This document shows positions 13,969-27,584 of a stretch of 64,000 nt of DNA, in pieces. Within the stretch, counting starts at the first letter, position 1. Each line of letters begins with the position of its first letter. The notes beneath the pieces were generated by a model. The model saw nothing but the letters and a program-made list of their open reading frames with translations. It was not told the DNA's origin and searched no databases. The position numbers and the translations under genes were made by a program. Origin of the DNA: Octopus vulgaris (Eukaryota); the NCBI GenBank assembly GCA_951406725.2, contig OX597822.1:104656001-104720000 (forward strand), written 5' to 3'.

Positions 13969-14351
13969 GGAGGCCCAATGGCCCAGTGGTTAGGGCAGCG
14001 GACTCGCGGTCGTAGAATCGCGGTCTCGATTTCCAGACCGGGCGTTGTGAGTGTTTATTGAGCGAAAACACCTAAAGCTCCATGAGGCTCCGGCAGGGAT
14101 GGTGGTGATCCCTGCTGTACTCTTTCACCACAACTTTCTCTCACTCTTACTTCCTGTTTCTGTTGTACCTGTATTTCAAAGGGCCGGCCTTGTCACTCTC
14201 TGTGTCACGCTGAATATCCCCGAGAACTACGTTAAGGGTACACGTGTCTGTGGAATGCTCAGCCACTTACACGTTAATTTCACGAGCAGGCTGTTCCGTT
14301 GATTCGGATCAACCGGAACCCTCGTCGTCGTAAACGACGGTGTGCTTCCAT
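13969..14351 (+). mobile_element. tRNA(Arg)-like SINE family B (resembles octopus OR-type SINEs)
   Basis: A box TGGCCCAGTGG and a B-box-like GGTCTCGATTTCC; TSD ATATATATGT; five related copies. Confidence 0.88.
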
Positions 14352-14690
14352 CATATATATGTCTTGCGCAAGAAATGTATAATAAACAAATGCACAATAA
14401 AGAGCCCGGAAACCAGAAGATATTAAAATTCCAGCGCTTTCAAATTCAATATAAAAAACTCCTGTATTCTTACGAAGATAGAGAAACTACCTTCAGGTTG
14501 TTCTATTGCGTAATGTATTGAATTCGATATTTCAAAAACCTAGGAGCAATTCATGAATGAACTAACCAGCAACCCACAAACAAATTCCTCAAGCACTTTA
14601 ATAAACACTCACACACATACACACACACTCACACAGATATACATATATATATATATATATATAATCTTATATTATACTATGTTAATTTGC

Positions 14691-14736
<46 letters not shown>

Positions 14737-14762
14737 TATATTATACTATGTTAATTTACATG

Positions 14763-14804
<42 letters not shown>

Positions 14805-14815
14805 TATATTAATAC

Positions 14816-14861
<46 letters not shown>

Positions 14862-15490
14862 ATATATATATATATATATACATACATACATACATACATG
14901 CATACATACATACACACATGTTTATAGACATGCATGTATATGTGTGCATGTGTGAGAGTATGTGTGTGGGTGTATACTATGAGATGCTGCAACAGTAATT
15001 AAAATTTTGCTGATGATATAGGAAATTTCTAATTTAATTAAACGACCAGATAGAAATCGTCAATATATGCTTGTGAAGACGTAATGATAAAACGTATATG
15101 ATGATAGTAGTCTATGGTAGTCCGAGAAAGATGATTCTATAATTTCATGCTGAGCAACCTGTACAAATAACTTGTTTATAGTTGTCAAATTTGTTTATAG
15201 TGTTGTACAGTAACTACTCATGAGCGCCATCAAATTAACGTTACCTGAACAGGTGCGCGGTGTATACGATTATACTATTTTCATAATTTATCGAATAAGG
15301 TAGAGAACTTGGCGCGTGTTTCGGTTTATTAGACCTCATCATCGATGCATATACTTCAACTTAATTACTACAAGTCAGTAGTGATGAGAAAAAGATCAGC
15401 TGAATTGTTTTCGTTATTCATCGATAGATAAATAAATAGATATGTCCATGCATTAATATATGTATGTAAGCATAAGCGCCTATATATATG

Positions 15491-15631
<141 letters not shown>

Positions 15632-15942
15632 ATATATATATAAGATATATATATATATATATATGTGTATATATGTACGTACATGTATGCATAGTTCACA
15701 AAGTTTAATTACTCTGAGATGGACCTGTTAACCAGAGTTGTCTGCCGTTGTTGCGAAAATGATTAAAATATTAGTCTTTGCCTTTCGGCGAATGTGTTCT
15801 CTCCTTCTTATTCTCTTTCTTATTCGCATTAGTACTTATTAGCTTTTTTTTTCGTGCTAAATTCATTAAGTATGCTAGCAATAACTTAGTTGTTCCATGG
15901 AAGTTCTTCATACAAATCAATACTCGACTTTACCTAGAATGC

Positions 15943-16055
<113 letters not shown>

Positions 16056-17586
16056 AATAAATAAATAAAACATATACATATATACATACATATATGTACG
16101 TACCTACCTCTACATGTATATATACAGGCATATATGGGTACAGGACACCAAAAAAACGTCGAACACAATGAGAAACGAAAACATAAACACAAAACCAAGG
16201 AAATGGACTTTTTTTAAAAAACAACGAAAAAATAAGTACAGGACATACAAAACAAGGAAAATTCCCCTTCTTCAGTCGCCTTAATTTCATCTACTCCACC
16301 TTTCAAAAGTCAAGGCGATACATGACTTCAATGAAATTTTCCTTCCCGCGAAAATCAAATTAAATAAAATTTGAGATTTTTTTCGCGGAGGGGTAAAAAT
16401 GGTAACAAAAACAGGACAATAAAGACAGTACAAAATATAAACAGTAAAATATATATATGTTTCTTTATATACATTTATGTGTGTGAGTGGGGTGATTGCG
16501 CTTGCATATATGTATCTTTAATATCAGTTTTTGGTAATCAGGCACTAATATCCAGGTTCATAATGGAAAGAACACGTCACATTGTGCCGTACACGCATTT
16601 CTTAAACACAACAGACCTTTAATCGAAGGTTTTGTGGTTGCTGTAGCCTTTTTTATGCAGACCTTTCATAATGAAATCCATTCTGGTTGTTACCATCCTC
16701 TTAAACTTTTTTTTTTATTCCCACATCAACGAATACATTTTTCATCGTATCGGTTTTTTAAAAAGAAATTTCCAGACAGTAGCACTGAGTAATATGAGAT
16801 TGAATTAGCTACTCCTTCTAGCACGGACAACGATTCGTAAAAACACACTCGTAGTGAAATAACTTAATTCGGAAATAGAAACCACGTTGTAATTTTCGTT
16901 CGGTTCGACCTGTTGCAATATGAGAGTGGTTGCGTGAAATATCGTACCATGCAGAAGACTTTTAAAACTTAATATTGTGTCACGAAATCTGTTACAATCG
17001 ATTTTTACTTTAAAGAATTAAGATTGTTTACTAATAAAAAAAGAATTATCCAAATCAAACAATGTGTACTTTTAAATTTTCTTTGGATTCTTTGTAGTAT
17101 AAACAATACCAAATACATGATTTTGTTTGTAGAAATCTTAGTTCATTGTTTATTGTTATGAACAGATTCAACTCCAACAACATTGCCTATTCAAATGTAG
17201 TTCCGAATTTATGATTATTTTTTCCCCTCAGTATATCGTATAATTGGCATTATTATGTTTCTTAATCAACTCTTTATTGAGTAAAGGATTCTGTTTACAA
17301 TACTGTTTTCACTGCTGTTCACTTTTCTCTTATTACTTCCTTTAATAATAAACTGATCTTTATGTTGTTTAGTCGGATGTCATTTTGTTTTATTTAGTAG
17401 GCCATTTCAGACTTGTCATCCAATCTCTTGTTCTCAGATTTAGTATCTCTATGACTACGTCACCCAACATGTCCTTCATTTATTAGAGACAGTAGAATGT
17501 AATTAATGGAAGATTTTATTGCGATATGTAGAAAGGCGACTGACTGCGTAGACACTCTAATCACCTTTGCAAACAGAACAGATATT

Positions 17587-17797
17587 GCGGTGAGCTGGCA
17601 GAAACGTTAGCACGCCGGGCGAAATGCGTAGCCGTATTTCGGCTACCGTTACGTTCTGAGTTCAAATTCCGCCAGGTCGACTTTGCCTTTCATCCTTTCG
17701 TGGTCGATAAATTGAGTACCAGATGTAATCGACTCAATCCGTTTGTCTGTCCTTGTTTGTCCTCTCTATGTTTAGCCCCTTGTGAGTAATAACGAAA
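17587..17797 (+). mobile_element. SINE family A
   Basis: Same consensus; TSD AACAGATATT. Confidence 0.88.
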
Positions 17798-18682
17798 CAG
17801 ATATTTCGGGTTCTCCCTTTGGTTCGTGTATAATGTTATTTTTGTCAAATGTGTACTCTCAAAGATAAATATACATATCTAAAGATTTTATAAACTGAAT
17901 AGGTAGCAAGATGTTCCATTATCGGGTAAACAACCCCGATCTTAAGACACATTCTAAGGATTTTATGAACCTATTTCCGAGAAGGAATTGTATGATTCGC
18001 TCCCTTCAGTGTACGTTAAAAAAATTAAGATTTGTGATAATCGTCCTTTTACTTATTGGGGTCTACATTGTGTACTTATTAGGGCCTACATTTATATGAC
18101 AGAAAACGTATGATATGAGGGTGATTCGGTGAATTTTCCATGAAAGTCGAGAGGCCACGTAGAGGCAGTAACGTCATAAATATATTAAAATCCTCTTGAC
18201 TGGAAAGTTGCAGGCGATAAACGAACGCCCTATACCAAACACATCTCTTTAATTGAAAAATATAGAATCCAATGCTATAGATCTTCTGATGGGGCCTCCC
18301 ATCAACGCAAGCACCCCTAATTGTTCGATCAAGTGCAAAACTTGATTATTGAATTAGTATGTGAAGTGGTTGAATATACCCAAGGCTCTTATACCCTGAA
18401 AGTAATTCTCAACTAATTTCAATGTGATATAAGTGTGATAAGGTACAGTACAGCCGACAGTCTTCTTTGCAGTTTCTCCTCAACTGCAATTCATCGAGGC
18501 TATGAGAAATGCAGTTATCTAACATGCCAAGCAGTAATATCGAACCCAGGATCTTGTGATTGAGAAGCAAAGGTCTTAACTACTCAGAAATGCTTTTCTC
18601 CAGACAGATCCCATACAACCCGATTAGATACCAAGTGATCTTGATTACAATTAAATTGGCAACACAAAACAAGTTCAAAATT

Positions 18683-18889
18683 CAGTTCTATATTTAAGAG
18701 ATGAGGAATTATGTATATTATTTACATTATTTACATTCGACGGATATTTATCTGAGGAATAAAAACCCAGGTTCGAAATTTCCCCAACATACCTGAAAAA
18801 AGCTGGAGGGTATATCAGCCGAAACGCTGTGTTAACAACAAACAAGATAAGGACAAATATCCGTCGAATGTAAATAATGTAAATAAAGT
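18683..18889 (+). mobile_element. Hammerhead element, copy 2 (headless, 5' inverted end)
   Basis: 18683-18752 is the reverse complement of the 3' end plus an extension; degenerate hammerhead at 18788-18833; 12-bp TSD AAGTTCAAAATT (18671-18682, 18890-18901). Confidence 0.82.
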
Positions 18890-19469
18890 AAGTTCAAAAT
18901 TGTTCAAACTTCCACCACAAATTGTAGAATTTTCAAGTTTTATGCCTTATGTCCCTTGTGATCAATCATTAGCCACAGAACTATAATTTTTAGGGGTGGG
19001 CTTTTGTCGGTACCATCAAACCCAATACTTGACTGGTACTCTATTCGCTCGCTTCCTGGTGGATGAAGAGCCAGACCGACATCTTGAATTTAGAAAGTAG
19101 AGAGACGGAACATAATGCGAAGAATTTCCCCGACTCTTTTGCGATTCTGCCAGCTCGCAATTCGCTTTGATTTGGGTACAACGCCAGCAATTTTGAGGGA
19201 AGCGGTTTTATTGGACATCGTAGTCTCCAGTACTTGACTGGTACTTTATCTTATCAACCCTGGATGGATGAAATTTGAAGTTGATCTCGGCTGGATTTGA
19301 ATTCAGACTATAGCAATCCGGAATAAATATGGCAAAACATTTTTTTCAGACGTTCGATGGATTTTGTCATCTCACTGACATCCATCAAACGAATTCTGGT
19401 TTATATTATAAAAGTTTTTTTTTCTCCATTTGTCAAAAACAATGCACATATGAACTATACTAAGTGATA

Positions 19470-19990
19470 TAACTTAGACAACTTAGATATGTTTCGACCA
19501 AAGATTGGTCCAGGCCATGTCTAACTTAATAGCACCACCTGATAGGATTATTCGAATCCTGTTTAAGCCAAGTTTTGTTTATGGTCCATTCAAGTAGTGA
19601 GTTCTTGTTGGGTGAGTTGTATCCAATTATGGGTGGCTTATCTGGTATTCTTTGAAGGAATCTATCCAGACTCCGTTTAAAGTTGATGGGATCCTTTTCC
19701 TCTTTGATCTCCCTCGGGACAATGTTAAATTGGGCAGGGCCTGTTGAGCAAAAGAAATTATGTTGCAGTGTACATATATGCTGTGATCCTGAATTGGGCA
19801 GGGGACGTACGGCCCGTGGTCACAGTCTTGGATAAACCTTGAAGCTGATGTTAAGGTCGTTTGGGCAAAGTTGGCGGTATATTCTCCACATCGTACAAAT
19901 GATGGATATATATTCCCTTTTGTTTGAGGTAGTAGGTCGTAATTTGTTTAAGATTTGGCAGATACGTCTAACAGGTCTACCGACCAGGTT
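19470..19990 (-). mobile_element. 3' end of a CR1/L2-group LINE
   Basis: Minus-strand translation gives IICTMWRI and GPAQFNIVPREIKEEKDPINFKRSLDRFLQRIPDKP..GY...NSLLEW, then a short repeated tail (tctaagtt). Confidence 0.7.
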
Positions 19991-21719
19991 TATGCTTTCT
20001 CGTTAACAACGTTAACTTAAATAATGTTTTAAATGTGAAAGCATTGCTCACTGGTGTTAAGATGATTGGAAATTCACCAATCTTTCTCACAGAAAACACT
20101 TGATTTCTTTGAAATGATCGATATGAATATTTATTGTTGTGGAATGACCATAATTTACGACGCAGCCATTGTGAACGAAGCAATCTATTTAGCATCGGAA
20201 ACCATAAAGTTTATTGCAGAAAGTAAATTTATTAGTTCGTTTTTAAACATGTATAACATTTTAAAACTGCTGAAATTATGTAAGAGATTTACAATACAGT
20301 AGCATATAAAGCTTCGAACTAAGCTGAATAATATACGGCACCTAGTCCCGATCTATTTTCTTGTCATGTGTTCAAATGGTGTTGAGGTTAAATTTACTTT
20401 CAGTCTTTTCAGAGTTGATTTTAAAAAATAACCTGTCAGCGGCTAGCGGTGATATAATTGACAACGCTATATCTTTCCACTAACTTTGAAGCCTTTTGCT
20501 TAAAAATTTACATTGGTTTCAAATCTTGACACGATGCCAGCAATTTCGGGGAGAGGGTACGTCGATTATATCAACCCCAATACTCAAATGGTACTTATTT
20601 TACTGACTCTGAAAGGTTATAAGGCAAAGTCAACATCGGCGATTTTTGAACACCGAATATAAAGACGGATGTAAAGTTGATGAGTATTTTTCCCAGCGTG
20701 CAAACAATTCTGCTACCTTATTCTCAATATTGATGTTAAGAACCAGAAGGAAATAGAGGAGAGCTGCCTTTCCTTCTCGCCAATGTGAACTAGTCTACGT
20801 GGAGACAAGTGACTCTTGTTTCGTCATATCTTTCTTATTATCTTTCTACTTTTTTTTATTTAACACAACCATTAGGCTTTCAAGTGTCCGAAGTTTCGCT
20901 CTCATTACCATCCAGTATGTGCAAGGTTAAAAAATGTAGTAGTTACGTTATTGTCTTCGGTCTCAGTTTAGTCCCAGATGGATAACATGTTTTCTTGCTT
21001 TGACTATATCGTCTTTTGTATATCAGTAGTTACCACAGTTACGATGAGATCTTCTTACAAAACTGAGGCGTTGAAATTTAACAAAGATTTGGCTGTGATT
21101 TCTGGTAGTTGGTGCTACTACTTTGACACTTCGTTGTTGTTGGTGCTTAATTTATGGTTATCTCCACTCCAATGGCTAATAGAAGGCCTCTCATTCATCA
21201 GGTTCCCATCTTTTCCTCCCTCTTTGCGTATCTAGGAAAACAATATTCCGCATAACCCATCATTTTCTACATGGGAAAGTATAATTTGGGGATGATTTAG
21301 CATTGATATACGCTATACAAATTGATCACATATAAGCTTCTTCATTAGCCCGTAATATACAAAAATAATGTTGTTGACAATTCTTAGTTTTCAAATAAAA
21401 TCTTCATAGATTATGGTGTAACTGTAGCCAGTATCATATTCAGTAGAATCATATACTTCAATAAGCATAATAACCAGAGTCATGAGGGCCGTTGTCATAG
21501 AAAACAGGTTAGGACCATTAAGAGATGAGGGAGAGTGATTATGTACATTATTTACATAATATCCACACGGGCATATGGCGTAGTTGTTAAGAGCGCTGGC
21601 TACTAACACCAAGATTCCGAGTTCGATTCCAGGCAGTGACCTGGATAATAATAATAATAATTATAATAATAATAATAATGATGATGATAATAATAATAAT
21701 AATAGCAATGATGTTGATG

Positions 21720-21788
<69 letters not shown>

Positions 21789-21790
21789 GC

Positions 21791-21847
<57 letters not shown>

Positions 21848-21894
21848 TCGAAAAGTACCTTAGAAATGAGAACCCAGATTCGAAATTTCCCCAG

Positions 21895-21940
21895 GACACC
21901 TGATGATAGTTGGAGGGTGTATCAGCCGAAACGTTGTGTT
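21895..21940 (+). ncRNA. Minimal type-I hammerhead ribozyme motif
   Basis: gacac-CTGATGA-[stem II]-GAAA-CGTT-gtgtt; loopless palindromic stem III (ACGT); GUU cleavage triplet. Confidence 0.75.
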
Positions 21941-21989
21941 AACAACAAACAAGATGAGGACAAATAACCCAGATTCGAAATTTCCCCAG

Positions 21990-22035
21990 GACACCTGATG
22001 ATAGTTGGAGGGTGTATCAGCCGAAACGTTGTGTT
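21990..22035 (+). ncRNA. Minimal type-I hammerhead ribozyme motif (tandem duplicate)
   Basis: Identical to 21895-21940. Confidence 0.75.
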
Positions 22036-22323
22036 AACAACAAACAAGATGAGGACAAATATCCGTCAAATGTAAATAATGTAAATAATATAGGCTGGGT
22101 CCATGTTACATCACTATTTAAGATGATCGGTATTTACTTCAATAAGATTTATAGCATTTGTTTATTCATATTATTATCGCTATAGACAGCCAATTAGTAG
22201 AATCATTAGAGCGGTAGATAAATTAGTTTCTGGTACTCGTTTAGGTTGTCCCCTCTCTAAGTTCCAATTCTGGTAAGATAAATTGTACCTTTCATCCTTT
22301 CGAGGTTGATATACATAGTATCC

Positions 22324-22461
22324 GCGATCTGGCGGAAACGTTAGCACGCCGGGCGAAATGCTTAGCGGTATTTCGTCTGCCGTTACGTTCTGAGTTCAAA
22401 TTCCGCTGAGGACGACTTTGCCTTTCATCCTTTCCGGATCGATTCTGCCAGCTCGCCGCCT
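22324..22461 (+). mobile_element. SINE family A fragment followed by an inverted head remnant
   Basis: 5' half of the consensus, then TTCTGCCAGCTCGCCGCC (reverse complement of the head). Confidence 0.75.
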
Positions 22462-22782
22462 TATATCCCGCTAATACCGCCTTAAAAAAGGAAGTATACA
22501 TTTTGTATGAATCGTGTGCCCCTAGATAGATTATATTTGAATATAACTGTGATAGTCACGGCTGGAATTCTTTTGATCATATATTCCCTTGATGCGAGCC
22601 AAGCAGCAACAATAGCAGTACTTAATGCCTCTACATATAATTTTAATTGTTTGCCTTTTAGTTGCACGGGTCACGTTAGCTAACTTCATTTTATCATCTA
22701 GGTTATCTCTCATTGAAAAAAAAAGAAGAAATAACGTGGCATTCGAATGGCTGTGATTGAATGCATAACTGAAAGGATAAAA

Positions 22783-23012
22783 GGCGAGCTGGCAGAAACG
22801 TTAACGCGCCGGGCGAAATGCTTAGCGGTAGTTCATCTGTCGTTACGTTCTGAGTTCAAATTCAGCCGAGGACGACTTTGCCTTTCATCTTCTCAGGGGT
22901 CGATAAATAAAGTACCAGTTTCGCACTAGGGTCGATGTAATCGACTTAATCCCTTTGTCTGTGATTGTTTGTCCCCTCTATGTTTAGCCCCTTGTGGGCA
23001 GTAAAGAAATAT
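22783..23012 (+). mobile_element. SINE family A
   Basis: Consensus match; TSD ATAACTGAAAG(G/T)ATAAAA. Confidence 0.88.
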
Positions 23013-23488
23013 ATAACTGAAAGTATAAAAAGATTTCTCTGTTACTGTAAAAGCTCGGGTTCGAACCCACGAATTGACATGTTCGGTAAATTTATTTTAC
23101 CATTCATCCTGTTCAGCCCAATACTTCTGGGTGGAATTAAGGAGACATAACCTATATATACTCATGTCAAAGTTATTGTACCTGCAATTTAAAGGTCCGA
23201 CCCAGAATGAAATTGTCACATGTTGATTGATTTTGTCTGAAAAGTACGTTATATTTGGACATATGGCGCGTCAACAACTAAATTCCTGTCGTCGATATCG
23301 ACGGAGAATTCTTGCTTTAGTGTTTTTTTCGTGTGTGTAAAATATTACAAAATAACAAAGACAGTAAAACACTTAGCTACACATTATGTTATTCTGACTT
23401 ATTTTTAATAAAAGTGTGTTTCGCGTCATTTGAAAGGTACACGTATAATTCTTTTTCTCTATTTTCGCGGATTCTCCGGACCCAGTTC

Positions 23489-24220
23489 TTATTTCTTTAC
23501 TACCCATAACGGGTTACACACAGAGGGGACAAACAAGGACAGACAAACGGATTAAGTCGATTATATCGACCGGAGTGCGTTACTGGTATTTATTTACTCG
23601 ACCCCGAAAGGATGAAAGGCAAAGTCGAACTCGGCAGAATTGGAACTCAGAACGTAGCAGCAGACGAAATACCTATTTCTTTACTACCCACAAGGGGCTA
23701 AACGCAGAGAGGACAAACAAGGACAGACAAACGGATTAAGTCGATTATATCGACTTGAGTGCGTAACTGGTACTTATCTAATCGATCCCGAAATGATGAA
23801 AGGCAAAGTCGAACTCGGCAGAATTGGAACTCAGAACGTAGCAGCAGACGAAATACCTATTTCTTTACTACCCACAAGGGGCTAATCGCAGAGAGGACAA
23901 ACAAGGACAGACAAACGGATTAAGTCGATTATATCGACCCCAGTGCGTAACTGGTATTTATTTACACGACCCCGAAACAATGAAAGGCAAAGTCGAACTC
24001 GGCAGAATTGGAACTCAGAACGTAGCAGCAGACGAAATACCCATTTCTTTACTACCCACAAGGGGCTAAACGCAGAGAGGACAAACAAGGACAGACAAAC
24101 GGATTAAGTCGATTATATCGACCCCAGTGCGTAACTGGTATTTATTTACTCGACCCCGAAACAATGAAAGGCAAAGTCGAACTCGGCGGAATTTGAACTC
24201 AGAACGTAGCGGCAGACGAA
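23489..24220 (-). repeat. Head-to-tail tetramer of 5'-truncated SINE A (~184-bp unit)
   Basis: Units start near 23489, 23673, 23856 and 24041; array flanked by CTC(C/T)GGACCCA(G/A)TTCT. Confidence 0.9.
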
Positions 24221-24857
24221 CTCTGGACCCAATTCTATTATTATGAATTTGAAATGGGTACTTGATTCATTGTGAATCTTTCATGAGGTAATTATACAGG
24301 CCGTGTACGCCACCCATATGGATGCGTTGCAGTTATTGTCTTGATAGAGCTTGGTGAATCTGACCGTTGATCTTCTAGGAGTCCTCCACTCAGCATCATT
24401 TTAAGAAGCACCGTTGACTCAGTTGAGCTTTATTGCTACTTCCTCTCAATCCGCCATGCTGTATTCCCCTGTATTCACCGTATCAATAGCAGGGTGGCTG
24501 AACGCGTGCTGCGTCTTGCCAAAGGGCAGCGCATAACAACGCAGAGCACGGTTTTCACTCTGTGAGGTATTTTCAAGATATCCACATACCCAAACATAAA
24601 ATAATTAAATTTAACTTTTACGTAATTTCGTATACAAAACTACTAAAGCAAAATGATGAAATGCATACTAATTTTCAAAAGAAATTGATTTATTAGCTTA
24701 AAATAAAATATATACAAATTTCTCATTTGCATATTGCAATAAATATGCTAGTATTTTCTAAATTTTATCACCCTAATCTCATTCTAATCCATAGGAAACC
24801 TGTCTCTGCTATGCAAAATTACATTTCAATAGAACATATATATTCCTGTATTTCCCA

Positions 24858-25071
24858 GAAGGGGCTAATCACAGAGAGGATAAACAAGGACAGACAAAGG
24901 GATTAAGTCGATTATATCGATCCCAGTGCATAACTGGTACTGATTTAATCGACACCGAAAGGATGAAAGACAAAGTCGACCTCGGCGGAATTTGAATTCA
25001 GAACGTAGCGGCAGACGAAATACCGCTAAGCATTTCGCCCGGTGTGCTAACGTTTCTGCCAGCTCGCCGCC
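24858..25071 (-). mobile_element. SINE family A
   Basis: Reverse complement of the consensus. Confidence 0.88.
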
Positions 25072-25140
25072 TTTCATTAGAACATACAGTTTTCATAAAG
25101 TTATAAGGTACATTCATGTTGGACTTCTTATGTTAACTTT

Positions 25141-25189
<49 letters not shown>

Positions 25190-25253
25190 TGCTTTGCTTC
25201 TTCCCCTTTCTCTGTACGGCGTAGATCATGACTGGAGAAATCAAACAACCAAC

Positions 25254-25887
<634 letters not shown>

Positions 25888-25913
25888 TATATATATATAT
25901 GTATAGATATATG

Positions 25914-25996
<83 letters not shown>

Positions 25997-27041
25997 GGGC
26001 TTTTATTACAAATATTATACAGAGGTGTATTCCATCAAGGAATACCATATTAGCTGCTCCAGGTAATTGATTCTCTGTTGAATAGATTTATGCGTGTTGA
26101 AGTTGTCTATTTTGGAAATGTATGAACATCATTGAATCTCTCATTTACGTTTCAGTCATTTTGATCTGAAACCAAAAAGTACAGTTGACGTAATTATTAG
26201 ATATGTCTTCATCTCTAAAAATAATTTTTAATAACCCGAAGAACTGTAATCTTATTAACAATAAGTTTCAGATCATTAGAGATTTATTTACATAATATCA
26301 ATTTACGAAACTAGAAATCTTTCGCTAATTTAAGAAGAAAGAAATGAAAGTAAAATTCCAGATATCATTGCTATGTTTTTGTCTTGAAATACCATGTCAT
26401 CATTTCATTCTCAAGTATGTTATTAATACATTCACCTCACGTTTACTTCTGTGAAAATCTTTAAATACACGTGTTCCCAAGAAACAATAAACGTTTAAGT
26501 TTATATCTAAAACGCTACTATGTATAATATGCTACATTGAATAGCAAAACTGTCGAATTTGAGATGAATAATGTCTTAAATTTCTCAATATGTATAACCT
26601 GCATTATTACCCGACTACCACAAAAGTGGATAATCTCATATGATGGCTTCTAACTGAGGGATAATTTCAGCAATTTTGACGTCGATGGTTCAGTCGATGA
26701 CACTGATCTCCAATTAGACTGAACTTTGTTTTATTGACCTCAAAAAGATTACAAAATTGGGGTCCACAGGAGATACGCTTAGAATGTAGAGAAAGGAAAA
26801 TACAGCAAAGCAATTTTACCGCACGCTCTAAAGATTCTGCCAGCTGAGTGCCAATACGTGATTTTTAACGTATACTTTTTTATAGATGCAGCGTGGTGGC
26901 ACAATCTTTAGCACAAGCAAAATGCTTTACGGTATCTTGTCCTTCTGAGTTCAAATTCCGCAGAGCTTGACTTTGCTCTTCGTCCTTCCGTGATAGATAA
27001 CAGTACCAGTTGAATTCTGGCATCGATATAGTCGACTAGCC

Positions 27042-27119
27042 CAGTGGTTCCCAACTTGAGGTATGGGGACCCCTGGTGGTCCGCAAAGGTTGTACTGGGG
27101 TCCATGGACTACATTCAAA

Positions 27120-27183
<64 letters not shown>

Positions 27184-27278
27184 TATGTATGTATATGTAT
27201 ATAAGGATAAGCATATTAAGGGGATACTCATTTAAATAAATGGGTTGGGAACCAATGTGAAAAAATTGCAAACCACTG
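27042..27278. mobile_element. hAT-type MITE
   Basis: Ends CAGTGGTT.../...AACCACTG; 8-bp TSD GACTA(G/A)CC; inserted in an old SINE A. Confidence 0.78.
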
Positions 27279-27584
27279 GACTAACCTCTTCCCACTGTAA
27301 TTGCTGGCCTAGAGCCAAAATGTGAAATCGATATTTCCTTTTATACATGGGACACCGAGCAGGAAGAGTCATTAAACGGTGCGGAAATGATTAGTGGCAG
27401 TTCTTTACGTTCTGAGTTCAAATTCCGCCGAAGTCGACTTAGATTTTTATCATTTCGGGTTCGATGGAGTAAGTACCAGTGAAGTACTCTGTTCGATATA
27501 ATCGACTTACTTTCTTCATCGAAATTTCTGGTTTGGAACCAGAATTCGAAGCCACTATTTGATTTTATACAAAGATGGTGAACA

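Larger units (their letters stand above)
21518..22090 (+). mobile_element. tRNA-head/hammerhead element, copy 3 (full length, two tandem hammerheads)
   Basis: Inverted tail piece at 21518-21557, tRNA-like head at 21569-21643, (AAT)n, then hammerheads at 21895-21940 and 21990-22035 with a 95-bp period. Confidence 0.85.

Noticed and set aside
14051-14302. Recurrent ORF MVVIPAVLFHHNF... as a gene family
   Set aside because: It is an incidental reading frame inside SINE family B copies.
16137-16460. CTGAAGA and GAAA motifs on the minus strand as a hammerhead
   Set aside because: The boxes and helices could not be arranged into a valid hammerhead; it is probably a repeat remnant of unknown class.
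23489-24220. CRISPR-like or satellite array
   Set aside because: The units are whole SINE bodies with no unique spacers, and the context is eukaryotic.
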